NCBI RefSeq assembly: GCF_009914755.1
Contig: NC_060926.1
DNA from: the human T2T-CHM13v2.0 reference genome, Homo sapiens
Length of the DNA stretch: 64,000 bases
Reading direction: 5' to 3' (one strand)
The notes under the pieces were generated by a model. The model worked only from the letters and a program-made list of their open reading frames with translations. It did not search any database and was not told where the DNA came from. Shown here piece by piece: positions 15,084 to 28,300 of this stretch (within the stretch, counting starts at the first letter, position 1; every line of letters begins with the position of its first letter). Both the position numbers and the translations under genes were made by a program.

Positions 15084-16103
15084 TCATCCCTGGAAATAAG
15101 GCAACTGCTTACACAGAACCAACATGAAAACGAAACTAAAAAAGCGATGTTTGAAAAAGGAGCTGAAAAATCAAGTTAAATCTGCAACTTGTGCTTTTCC
15201 AAAGGGATATTTATGCTAAAGTGAAGACTGAAATGTAAAGGTATGTATTTGGGTTTTTAAAACTTCGAGTCGATAACAAATATTAATTAAGAGAGACTGA
15301 CTCTTCTCTCTACCCCCAATATATATTTTTTAAAAAGAAGAAGAAGGTTCCAAAGATTCTTAGAAAGGCTGTGAAAGTGTTTCAGTAGGTGGGAAGGAAG
15401 AGGAGGGTGTTTGGAGGTCTTCGGTTTACCATAACCCTCTTGATTTTGCCCGGTGGCAACTAGAAGAAAAGACAGACCTTGTGTAATTCCCTCCCACTCA
15501 GCCCTAGCTGGTGTGACTCTTTCTTTTTAAAAACAGAACCAAAAATAATTTAAGGATAGCACCAAACTGCTTATTTTTTTTTAATGGAGTCATTGGCTTA
15601 TTACAAAGAAAACTGATCACCCTAGTATTTGACTCATTGAAAACAATTTGCACTGGGGGAGACTGAGGGCGGGGTTTGGGAGACAAACCATTATAAAACC
15701 TAAAGAAGTTCCTTACATTCGTTTTGGAAAGGACGGTGCCATGGGTGGGAGCCGGGAAGACACTTAGGGAAGAAATCGGCAACAGGTGGGCACATAGAGC
15801 TTGCCTGCTTTAGGTGTTTATCCATTAAAATAATTTGATGAGGATTGCAAGGCTTATGGGCTTTAAAAAACAGATGTTATTTTTCCTTTGCAAAAAGGCA
15901 AGAGCTTTCCCTAAGTGTTCATCAAGAAGTGTCCAGGGCGCGTGCACACGTACACACACACACGCGCGCCTTTACGCACCTTCACAAACCTCAGAAATAA
16001 CTCATTGGAGAGCCCCAGATGTCAGCCGTTACCCCCCGCCCGGTCTTCCCCAACACAGGGGACCACAGTCTGGGAGCCAGGAGGGCAAGGCCCGCCCGCT
16101 CAC

Positions 16104-16339
16104 CTTGGGCTTGCTGCCGCCGATGGCACCAGGACGTATGGAGCCAGTCTCCTGGTACCTGCACAGGATCTTGGAGACGCAGCCGTGGGACACGCGCAGC
16201 TGGCGCGAGATGACGCAGGGCCGGATGCCGTGGTGGGCCATCTCCACGATCTTGTGGCGGATGTGGTTGGGCAGCGGCCTGCCGTTGATAAAAACGCCGC
16301 CGAGCTGGTTGACGCGGCCCTGGCCGAGGGGAGTGGACA
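16104..16339 (-). CDS. PAX3: PAX3 exon 2 (236 nt), paired domain PAI subdomain
   Basis: Encodes [79 protein letters not shown]. Acceptor cttcccacag|, donor AAG|GTGAGC. Phases match exons 1 and 3. Confidence 0.99.
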
Positions 16340-17195
16340 CTGTGGGAAGGTGAAAAAGAGAAGCAAGGGAAAAGTCACTGGAGGAAAATAAAAAGCAAAG
16401 AACAGCAGCACGTAATTTCGCAGTCTTCTGGCCTATCCTCATGTTACAGCACCGACGCTGAAACTGCTCGACATCGGACTCCCAGACCCAGACCTCCTTT
16501 CAATCACATTTGTTCAAATTATTCAGCAATATAGCGCATGTAATCTTGTGTAAAGACAGCAAATGGGGCAAAATAATTCTCCCCAGAGAAAGCGTCTTCC
16601 CCTTCGGGCCCGGGGAGTGGCAACTTAGGAGACCCTGCAGCTGGTAGAGAGTCTAGCTTGCTCTAGAAACAGCCTCCTGGCGAAGAGAAGTTCACCCAGG
16701 AGCTGGCCTTGATGAACTCTGCTCCCACCGATCCCTGTCCAATTGGGATCTCTCCCTTTCTAAGGGACTTGGGCCAGCTGATAGCCCTTGGGGTTTCTAG
16801 CCAAAAGTGCAGCAGCCAAGGGTCAAAGAGGGTCCAGAAAGGAGGCCCAAGCAGCAGTGCCTGTGTCACCTGTTACATCTTGGGACAGAGACCACAGCAG
16901 CGGCAGGGCTGTTCCTGGGCCCCCAGCCCCCATTCTTGCTCTGGGTGTTACATTCTACTCTAGGCTGGGTGTGAAGGGAGTGGGTGGCGGGGGCGATGAG
17001 CATCTCTGCTGGGGCGCCCTAACCTGGAAAACCATTGAAAACGGCTCAGGCTTGCAAGACTTCCTGCCTCCCCGGGATTCCCAGAATCTTCAAGTGGACG
17101 GAAAGGCGATTCCTAAACAAGTTATAGAAACTTCTAGATGCTATTTGAGATACATAGAATTCTAATTTATTTAATTATTCTAAAAATTCCAATCA

Positions 17196-18109
<914 letters not shown>

Positions 18110-18260
18110 GGTGACACCGAGTGCGGGGATCCGGGCTCGGGAGCATTTATTAGTTCTTTTACCCAAAGCTTGGTCAGGAGCCCTGAGCTGCGATTGGCCG
18201 ACGGGTAGACCGTCCCGGGTGGCGGAGACACGCGCTGATTGGGCAACAGCGACCACTTTC
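18110..18260 (-). promoter_or_regulatory. PAX3 core promoter
   Basis: TATA-like TAATAAAT (plus atttatta 18145-18152) and two CCAAT boxes on the minus strand (plus attgg 18193-18197 and 18238-18242), inside a CpG island. Confidence 0.8.
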
Positions 18261-18439
18261 TCTTCCCATCTCTGGTGGTGCCGAGGCCTCTGCTGGCCCC
18301 GAGGGGGACCCGCGCTGCGCCCCTTGCCCAGGAGAGAAGGTTGGCCCGGTGGAAACTGAGAGAGACAGCCCCAGGGAGATGGCAGTTGCTGAGGGCGGAG
18401 AAGTTCCTGTCTCTCTGTCTCTGTCTCTCTGTCTGTGTC

Positions 18440-18443
<4 letters not shown>

Positions 18444-18502
<59 letters not shown>
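18444..18502. repeat. (TG)~29 / (CA)n microsatellite in the PAX3 proximal promoter
   Basis: Perfect TG run of 59 nt, flanked by CT/GT low-complexity sequence (about 18405-18660). Confidence 0.97.
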
Positions 18503-18503
<1 letters not shown>

Positions 18504-19009
18504 TTTCTCTGATCACTCTTTCCTTGACTTTCTATTTCCCTCTCTGTCTCTTTCTGTGCCTCTGTGTGTGTGTCTCGCTCAGCCTCTATTCCTCTTGTGA
18601 TTTCCTGTGTCTCTCTCTATGTCTCATTTTTTCTACCTGTAGGTCTCGCTCTCATTTCTCTTGGCTTACTGCCACTGGAGGGGGCACAATTCCAATAAGA
18701 AGGCATCTGGGGCCCCAGACATATTTAGCTTTCCTTCCTGTGGTCAGTGCCCCTTGGCCTAGGCTTGTTAAGGGGTCCTCCCGATGGGGCTCCTCCTGGG
18801 AGGAGTCCAGGGTGCGCTGATGTTCTTTTGTCTTCTCCGTCCGCAAGCGGGGCTAATGTGAAGCACAGGCAGCCGTCGCTAGGCCCAAGCACTCGTTAGT
18901 TGAAGGCTGGGGGTATGGGGGAGGGTGCAGAAGAAAACCTGGCTCCTCTTCTTGGTGTAAAAACCGCTCTGGCAAGCTGCGGTTCTAAATCTCTACATAT
19001 AGATCCCCG

Positions 19010-19420
19010 ATGCGTCGACAGAGATGTGTCTGTATGTTAAAGTTTTGCCCGGGTTCAGCGTTTGTTCTCAGGAATTTATTATGGCATTCAGACTAAACTG
19101 CTGGAAAAATAAAAGGAACGAAGTCTTGGCTAGGAGCTGAAGTGTCCCCAGCAGGATATGACGCCAGGAGTGTTGTAAAGACTGTCTGTCCTTAGAGAAG
19201 GTACCATTGTGCATAGCCTTTTATTTATAACTTGGTAAGTGCCAGCGAACTCGCCTCCTTTACACCCCCGAGTGCCAGCCCCGCGCTCTGCACTGCGCTT
19301 TATTCGCTCGAGCCTATTCAGGGACTGTCACTCCGGGGCCGCGAGGTATTCAGGGCCTTAATCAATCAAAAGGATGAGAATCGGGCAGGTTTTTCCCTTT
19401 GAAATAAAGGAAACAATGAC
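19010..19420. promoter_or_regulatory. Proximal neural-crest enhancer region (NCE1/NCE2-like)
   Basis: 0.9-1.3 kb upstream of the TSS. PBX/HOX TGATTGAT on the minus strand (19361-19368), TCF/LEF CCTTTGAA (19396-19403), CDX-type TTTAT clusters (about 19076, 19220, 19299) and TEAD-like GGAAT/CATTC (19072-19090). Position agrees with the known Pax3 1.6-kb neural crest element. Confidence 0.65.
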
Positions 19421-22400
19421 TTCTGGGCTTCAAGTTCCCCCTTTTCCTTTTATGATTTTTGAATTTTTCCTGCCCCTGGAGGGAGTTCTCCACTCCTCTC
19501 TCTCTGTCCCCCTCCCCCACCTCCTTTGACAGTTTTGACGTGAACTCGGGCCCCCAACCCTACTTCCCCATTCCCTAATTAAGGCAAACTCAGAAGGCAA
19601 GATGTAGGGGGGTGTGGGGTATAGCCGCTCAGCAGTCCACAAGTTGGCCCTTTAAAAACCCACTCACCATTGGGGAAACCAGGCAAGCTTTCAGCCTGCC
19701 TGATGCCAGAAGGCTTGGTTGACCCTCAGAGCCACGGAGACAGGTCTCAGGAGACTCCCAGAAATGTCTGGACCCATGAAGGAGGCATGTGCCTTGTTTA
19801 ACCTGGTTTTACATTAAATGATTCAATTTTTCAAGGGGAAAATTTTCTCATTTTCTTTTTAAGGCGTTGGGGCCACCAAAGCCTGTGTCCGTACGTTTTA
19901 AGCCACTTCTCAGCGATAGCATTTTGAGAGCTAGACTTTTTCCAAGTTTTCTTCTTCCCAAAGGTTAAGCAGAGTCGACAGAGCACTTTCTGGGGTCAGC
20001 GGTAATTGCTGTGTGAAGGAGGTACCAGAAGTGTAATTTCAAGAAGGCAAAAGTAGGCTCAACTCTCAGCTAAAATAAACTCTTGGACCCCGCGAGCAGT
20101 TAAAGAACATCTAGAGCTGAGTCTCATTTGTTTTTGAGCCGGAGGCTTGGTCTCCAAGCCCTCCCAGCGTCCACCCGTCTCTCTCCTGCCGGGAGTTTTC
20201 TCTCCTAAGAGCCGGCAGATGCTGGAGGGAAGCGCTTGCTGCAAGATTCCTTCTCCCGGTCCCGTAGATTGCAGAGTCCGCGGGACCGTTGAACGGAGGT
20301 ACTGCCGGCTGAGCTGGGTCTTAAGTGCCCATGGGTTCATAAACTAGCTGTCACTTGCTATAAACATGTACAAATGGAGGCCACAAGGATGTGGGGGTGC
20401 TGGGGACCTAAAGCTCCGGAATCAGGAGGCGACTCATTTTCTCTCCTTTCCGGCCTCTTTCTTTTCTGCCGAGCGCTCTGAGATTCATATGTACCCAGAT
20501 GATCAGCCCGGCCCTTCTCACCGGCCAGTGGCCAGAGGTCCCTGGACACCCGGAGAGGGGTGGGAGGGCACCCTTAGGCTCTGGACAGCTGGGCCACATC
20601 CAAAGACTTAATGAATCTAAATTTCTTGTGGCCTGTGTCCCCGAAGTCCGACCTGGGATGGCCAGGACAGCAAAGTTGGCTGAGGCTGCCTGGCCTAGGG
20701 CGCCCGCACGCCGCCAAACCTAACCCGGCTCAGAGCCGTGACTCCGCAGAACAGGGCGCAACAGGTCTCAGGAATGCCGGGTGATTCCAGCCACTCTTTC
20801 TCTGTCTCCGAGTCTTGGGCCTCCCCTTTATTTCTTTCTGAAGTCTCTCCGGAGCCCAAGCCACCCCACACCCAAACCCCGCAGCTGGATGGGAGTCCAG
20901 GCCACTTCCCTATCCGCAGCCGGTGGGCCAAGGAGTCCTGGTGCCAAATTTGGCCGCGGTACAGGCGCTAATTGGTAAAGGGATGACCCAGCGGTGGGGC
21001 TTGGAAGGCGAGGGCCCGCGCCCTGCATCCTTGAACCCTGGTTTGGGAGGCAGTGACTTTTACCTGGGCTAACAAATTACCCAGAAAGCATCAGTGGGAC
21101 TCTCCACAACGGTGTTGTGAACGAGTGTAGGGTCCACTCACGCTCTGTGCACGTTCGAAATGAAACGGGAGCCTTGAAGACGATATTTGGATAATTTGAC
21201 AAAAAAAAAAAAAAGGTGGGCGGGGGAGATAGCTTCTATTGTCCCCTCTGCGCCTCTGCCCCCAGTTTCAGAGACACTACAGGTGAAAATAACAGCGGGC
21301 TGGCTGTCCAGGCCTGAGTGGAGCGTGCCCTTGTTAGCTTGAAAGTTCTCCCTCGCAGCCCGTTTGGATGCGTGCGTCTACAGCCCAGTCGCACTTTGGT
21401 GACCGGCCTGGGCTGTGAAGCACCCTTTAGCGAACAGCCTCCGCACTTGGGGACACTGGCACAAGGGTTTCATGGCCCGTGGACTTCTCAGGGCCTCTGA
21501 GGGTTGACTTCATACTCAGCCAGACACAGGTCTTAAGAGGAAATTATGATCTATGCAAAATAATGTCCCTGACCTAGTGGGGAGCGGGGGTGGTGTCTGC
21601 CACCCAGACCTTTTTCCTCCCGTCTGAAGGGCCGAGCTCTGGCAGGCTGACACGGTCGAGCAGAGAAGTTCCTGGCCACCCGCCCGGCCCCAGGCGTGAT
21701 TCTCAGGATGCAGTAAAAGTTGGGCAAACGCCGAGAAACCCTCAATCCCACAGAAAGGCTGCCGGGGGCTCACGGGGAGGACATCAAAACGCCAGGTTCG
21801 TGATCATGAGCTTCCGGTCCGGATGTGATGATACAGGATTGGTGAATGCCCGGGTTAAACCCGTGGTCCTTCGCAGCCGCTGCCTCAGTGACAGTCATTA
21901 GGCCCCCCGCAGTTATTTGTCAAAAGCATTGGCGCCGCTCTTCTCCCCATCGAAAAATCAGTCGGGATGAGTTCGGATTAAGGGACTAGATGAGGATGTG
22001 GACATCCCATTGAAACATGGTGTAGGCCAGCCGAAGTGGGTTTGCTCCTTCAGCTGGGGGAGCCCCAGGGAACGTGTGAGCGGGTTTACAATAAGGAACA
22101 TATGGTTTGTGGGAAGATAGGAAGAGAGAAGGAAAATAGGAAAGGAAAAAGAAAAGAGGAAAAGAAGAGAGAGGTACTTTTTTTTTTAAAGGCAGTGAGG
22201 GAGGGAGAGAAGAATAAATCTCACAGCAGCTGGTGTCCTAGTTCATTTGGGTCTGAGAAAATTATTTTTAGGCAAACAAGGAAGACAGGATTCCGCCGCC
22301 CGATTCTCCAGGGCGGGAAGAATAGGATGTCTTGTAAAAAATAAGTAAGTCCTGTCTAATCTTCCAAAAAATGTTCTGCTCAATTAGGTAAAAGTTCATG

Positions 22401-22450
22401 GTGGGGTGGGGGTGATGTTTAGAAGACAGATTCTTCGGTAACTGCTCTTT

Positions 22451-22491
22451 GGTGTGTGTATTCGGGGTGTGTGTATTCGGGGTGTGTGTAT
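22451..22491. repeat. 15-bp tandem repeat GGTGTGTGTATTCGG x2.7
   Basis: Units start at 22451, 22466 and 22481, followed by a TG run. Confidence 0.9.
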
Positions 22492-23021
22492 GTGTGTGTG
22501 TGAAAGAATCTGGTGTGTGTGAAAGGGGTAAGGGTTGAAGGACCTTATTTAGCTGGGGGACCGTCTTGTATTGGGAGCGGGCAGCCTAGGCCTTGGAAAG
22601 ACCAGAAAATCTGATCTGTGCGGAGGCAGGTGAAGGCTGTGAGTGAGGTGGGGGCGGGAACAGAGCTGGAGGAAGTGAATAAAAGAAACCTTGGGGTCCG
22701 TTGGTTTCCTTGACTCGTGGAGCAAAAAAGTAGGCGAGTGACCACTCCAGGAACTCCTGCCTCCGGGCGCCGGTACATAAAGAGCTGGGGCTGTGTGTCC
22801 TGCTCTTGGGGGAGGAGGGTACTGGGAAGGGGGAACTAACAGGTCTTTCTTTCGCTCGGATCAGGACTGGACTCCTTCTGACTCCACGCGGCCCCAGCTC
22901 CTGAACCAGCGCAGTGAGCCTCAGCCGCTTCTCAAACTGGGTCTCAGAAAATTTCTCCTCGAGATGGATTTCAGCGGCAGGAAAGAGGGGCCAGTGACGC
23001 GAGGAGCAAGAAAAGAGTAAC

Positions 23022-23513
23022 ATGGGAGATGAATGTTCAAACCCAGATCTCCTCGCTGAGCCTGGAAGCTCGCCACCGTGGGATCACGGGAACCAGAGGC
23101 AAGAGGCTGCGAATGAGTCCAACACCCGCGTTCCTCGAGTTTTAAAAGCACACCTGGGGCCAGAGACTGCACAGCCAACTAAACGGAGTAAACGCAACAG
23201 GTGGAGGAGGCAGAGTTGTCAGGGGCCAAGCCCGGCGCGATCTGGCCAGTTCTTGGGGAGCGCGGACCTGGGACTGCAGAGAGGCGTTTTGAAGAGTGCT
23301 GCGCGCACCTGCCTCTCGGAGATATCCAACTCCACCCGGGCGTCTCCTGAGAGCGCACAGTCCACAGACCCCGGGAGGGCTGCCCGCCCTAGGACACGTA
23401 CTCTCCCGACCCCTCACTCTTTCAAAATTGGGGAAGAGGCGGAGGAGATGAAAAAGAAGAAAGAGAGAAAGAGAAGAAAAGAGAGAAAGAAGGAAAGAAA
23501 TTTTAAAAAATAA
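23022..23513 (+). CDS. CCDC140: CCDC140 163-aa ORF (coding status doubtful)
   Basis: ATG in strong Kozak context (AACATGG), [23 protein letters not shown]..., with a K/R/E-rich tail from a purine tract. No recognisable domain. I recall the gene being treated as a lncRNA now. Confidence 0.5.
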
Positions 23514-26500
23514 TAAAAGGAGGGAAGAATGGAGGTAAAACGCGGGGGAGAGAAGAGGGGAGAAACTCTCCTCACCACAACCAAAGCAGGAGGCCTAAGC
23601 TTCCTGAATTTCTACACATGACTTGCATTAAGTTCCTTCCTAGAACTTAAACTTTTTCATCTCCCGTCACCCAAGAAAACACCCATTTCCTCTTTTAAAT
23701 AAAGTTTCTTTTTCTGGAGATGAACCTTTAAATAAGTCGTACGTTTGGGAGCGAGGGACAGGAGAATAATTTTGATCCAGAACCTTGGAGATTGGAGAAG
23801 CAGGTGGAAAAATTCTAAAAAGATGAAAACTGACCATCTCCGACACAGAAACCCATCGAAAGGGGCCACCGAGACCCGTTGATTAGCTGGAGGGAGCATG
23901 CGGCAGAAGTGCAGACCCCTCGCTAACCCGCCAACCTCCAAGAGCCCTCTTGCAGAAAGCTGCCCGGCTCCCCACGGTGGCCCTGCGCGCGCACCATCCT
24001 CGCGGTCTCGCTTCTTCGCCCCGGAAAACTCTATGAGGGGCACCCCAGCCTCAGCCGGGTTAAGACAAGTAGCCCCAAGAGGAAGGAGCCTCAGAGAGCC
24101 TTTCTTCCTGTTCTTCTTCGTCTTCTTTTTTTTCTAAACGAAATCTAATACTATCTGGCTGCAAAAATATATTATCACCGGCTCTCAGCCTAAGAGACTA
24201 ACATTTGGATATGTAGGAAATGTAATCTGCATGGCTAATTGATTCTCAGCGTATCAGTTTAAAGGATAAAGATCGATATCTACATGATGGATATTGTATT
24301 AATAGGGGCATAAATAAAGGTCGAAGAGTCGTTACCAAAACCTTTGAAGCCGCTTTTCGGCTCTCGGGCCCTCCACGCGGCCAGTGGGTCTCTCCCACCT
24401 CCCCGCCCCCAGCTGCTGCTGGGCAGGGAGCATTTGCTTCCCCCTCCAACCCGGGACCAGGGTGGAGGAGTCTATGGTTAAAGCGAAAGTGTTTCACTGC
24501 GGCAACGCTGGGGAAAGGAGGTTCTTTTTTCCTGGGCTGCAGCAGGTGGACAGTAAGGCCCGAGAAAATGTAATATTTTAACAAAACGCACCACTCCCCG
24601 AAACACACGTATACGACCCACACAGGGACACAAACAACCACACATGTACACACACACACACACACACACACTCACACACACACAATCACGCAGGGCGGGG
24701 AGGGTTCTCAGCGTTCCCTGAGCGCCCTTTGGCCTTAGAGACAGGGAATAAATTCTTCTTTCCATCCCTCGGCCCCCTCCCAGAGGGCAGCGACGAAAGC
24801 CCTGGCCGAGCACAAGGATCGGTGATCTGGGCTCCTGGAGGTACCCTCTAGATGGGGTAAGGACGGGGAAGGATCAAGAGGTTCTGCGGGAAGTGTGCGG
24901 GGCTGGGGGGCGGGGGTGCCCGCCAATGTCCGCAGAAGGCAAGGAGGCCCACTCGAGGAGGGCTGGATGGAGACAGACTTGAGTCGGGCCCTGAGCCCCA
25001 GGGAGTGCGGCCCGGTAGATCTCGGGGCGAGGGGAACAGGATCGGGTACACTTGATCCGGAACAAGAACGCCTCGGCCTGGCGGTTGCCCGTTAGTCCCG
25101 GATCCCAGCGGCCGCTTCACCACTGAGCCCGAGCCGCCGAGGGAATTTTCCAAATGCAAATCAAACACCCTTGGCGCCCCGCTTCTTCATTAATTAAGAG
25201 GAACGTTTCGACAAAACCGGCGTAATCTTTATTAATTACGCAGCCCTTAGCGCGCCGTTCGCATCAATCACGCCCAAAGCGAAAGTGCAGGGGGCGCCTA
25301 ATCCCTTCCCAGAGCGCGTTTGGAGAAGGAGCCGCGTGGCCGGCGTTTCCACCGTGACTTCCACCTTTCTGGGCTCGCCTGGCGCTGGCTGCTCAGCCGG
25401 CGCGCAGGGAGGCCTTTCCGGAAACACCGGCTGGCTGCGCGCTAGCAGGACCGCTCTAGATCCCCTGACAGGCCGGAAAATAACCCCCACTCACTATTTG
25501 GGCACGCGCTCGTACGCAGAAACTCGCACAGGGACTCGCGTGGACACTTTATGGCCCATTTCCTCCGTCCCCTCACCCTTAGGCTCAGTGGGGACCACGC
25601 GGTTCTCAGTCCTCCTCTTCCCTAGGACCCTCTAAAAAGGAGCCTGGGGCGAAATGACAGAGGGAGGCAGAAAACCTCCTGTTGCCCCAGGACGCCCCGA
25701 AAAACTGCTCTGGGGGATGGGGCGGGGAAGACCTTAGAAGTTGTCAGGGCGACCAACTCCTCCCAGGTGACCAGGTTGCCATAGGACCAGCACACTGCTC
25801 AGGAGTGAGTTTTGGGGAGAGAGAGGGATCCTCCAGTTATTGCCATAGAGAACCAGGAAAGTTCGCAGCCTCCGGGTCGCAAGTGGGAAAGTTGACTGGA
25901 GATTGCGGTTAGAGGGGGTGGGTGCAAACTCAGGGTATTTCCGGGTAGCCCCGCAGCAGTCTTGTCCGCTGAAGGCAGGTTACCCTGGGCTTTCAAGGGA
26001 AAACGCCTTGGGGCGGGGTGTCCTGTGCGACCACCTCTCTCAGCAAAGCAGGGTTTGACCTCTTGGCCTGACCTTGCTCCCTAGTCCCACCCTATACTAG
26101 TAGGTCCTAACCTTTCTGCGCTTTGAGCCTGGACCATCGTCCCTTCAAGAGATTCTACTGGATAAAAAAAAATTATAAAAGCTGGATCAAGCTTGGCGTC
26201 GGAGGTCTGGCCCTCAGCTGGTTCCCACCCTAAAGGACTGGCCTGCCCACCCTCACGTCCTCGGGCGCCCTTGGCTCGAGGGCCTTTCGGAGCCTCCGCG
26301 GGAAGCAGAAAGTCGCACCTCACACTGAGCCTTTCCTTCGAGCGCTCTGCCGGGAGCTACTGAGCCCCAGCACGCAGCCTTGGGCACCCGGTGGCGGGCG
26401 AAGGAACCTGCCCCATTGTGCTGCTGGGCTGCACTAGCGGAGACGAGAGTGCGTGTGGGAGTGGCCCACTAGCACCACCCGCCAGGGTTTAGCAGCGCCT

Positions 26501-28043
26501 GGAGCACCTCCCTCTTCCCTGCTGTTTCCTTAATGCTGGAGCTGGGCACACTCCGATGTCCCGCATTCTCACATTCAATCATTCATTCTCCCTCTGAAAG
26601 TTCTCAGGCTCCTTTGCTCACGGGTCATCTCTGGACCTGAGACACCTGCGAACCTTGCGGATCACCAGATTGTTTTATTGTTCCTCTCTTCCCCCACTGA
26701 ATCGTCGGCCGGGCTAGTCTTCCAGTTTCGCCTGGAGTCGATTGCACTCTGGCGCACGTGGCCTTTCACTTACTCCACATATACTTATTGAGCTTCTACT
26801 ACGTGCCATTCCGAGTGCTGGCACCACAGCAACGAAACAGACCAAAGTCTTTGCCCTGGCAGAGCTGATGGTCTAGAAAATAGCAAAAAAATAATATAGA
26901 AATGCACCCTGCCAGGAGATTGGTTGTAAGACTGAGGTTCAGCTCTGGAGAAGCTTGAAAGACCAAGGGTGGGGTAGTGAGTGGGCGGGTAAGAAAGGCT
27001 GGGGTGCAGTTGATATTTCAGCAGGAGTGGTCTGGGCAGGCTCTACGGAGCTGTAGCTCCTTGCAGAGAAGGGAGAGAAGGAAGGAGTGTTGGCTGAAGG
27101 AAAGGCAAGGAAAAAGGAAAGTGATGAAACCATGTGGTCCACAACAGTTTAGTGAATGCCTACTGTGCTGTGGCAGTCTGAGGTCCTGGAAAACTCCTGG
27201 CAGGGCCTGGGCAGCCAAATCTGCAGATATGCTTCCCTCCAAAAGAGGTAGTGCTTGCCTCCTCTGCGGGCCCAGCATCTCTCTAGATATTTCCCATTGT
27301 CTTCTTTGGGAAGATATTTCAAAATGGCTATGGGAGTGACGGGGGACTGAACCTTCTGGTGGACCGGCTGAGGCTCCCTTGAGCTCTGTTCCTCTCACCA
27401 CCTCCAGGGGTAGGGTAGCTGTCACTGTTGACGTGCCAGAGGTATGAGCCTCCTCCCTTCCGGTGATCGTGGCTCAAAAATCCAGGATGGACCTGGGCCT
27501 CTTCATCTAGCCCCCATCGGCTGAAAAGTGCATTTTTATTTGACAGAAAATGACAGCGCGCCTTCTTGGTGTCCAGATCCCCACTCTACAGGACCTGTCA
27601 CTCCCATTTCCCATACGAGAGGAAACTCCCTCCAAGGCAGGGGAGATGTTGGGAAAGCTAGGAGTGCCCTGCTCCACATTGTGGCGGCAAGTCTGTGTTT
27701 TCCTCCTGGGTGATTTGGAGGAGCTACTACCACTTTGGCAGTGGGAGGGGTGTGGAAGACTCCTCTTTCCAGATAATCCAGAGGAGCCCAAGGCCCTAAA
27801 GAACTAGTCATCATTCCTTGGCTGGTATTTCTGTGAGATAAATGGAAAATAAACCAGCAGGAAGAATTCAGGAAGAAATATTTTCACAAGGTTTCATAGG
27901 TTATTACAAAGTCTTTGAACACATCTTTGAAAGCCTAAGAAGTCTGGGACCAAGGAATGCAACAGATGAAGTGGAGGCAACAGTGTGTTGCCCTGCAGTA
28001 GAGGCTTGAAAAAAGTAGAGGCTTGAAAAAAGACAATGGATTT

Positions 28044-28300
28044 TCTTTCTTTTTTCTTTCTTTCTTTTTTCTTTCTTTCTTCTTTCTTTTTTCTTTCCTT
28101 CTTTCTTTTGTTTTCTTGTTCTTACTCTACTACTTCTTCTTCCTCTCTCTCTTGTCTCTCTCTCTCTCTCCCCCCCCCCACCTTTACTTCTTGAGATGGA
28201 GTCTCAAAACTGGTCTTGAACTCTTGGTCTCAAGCCATTCTCCCACCTTGGACTCCCAAAGCCACTGTGATTATAAGAATGGGCCACCATGCGCACCTGA
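28044..28300 (-). mobile_element. Degenerate Alu monomer (FLAM/AluJ-like) with expanded CT-rich tail
   Basis: TTGAGATGGAGTCTC..CTGGTCTTGAACTCTTGGTCTCAAGCCATTCTCCCACCTTGGACTCCCAAAG, preceded by a long pyrimidine tract. Confidence 0.75.
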
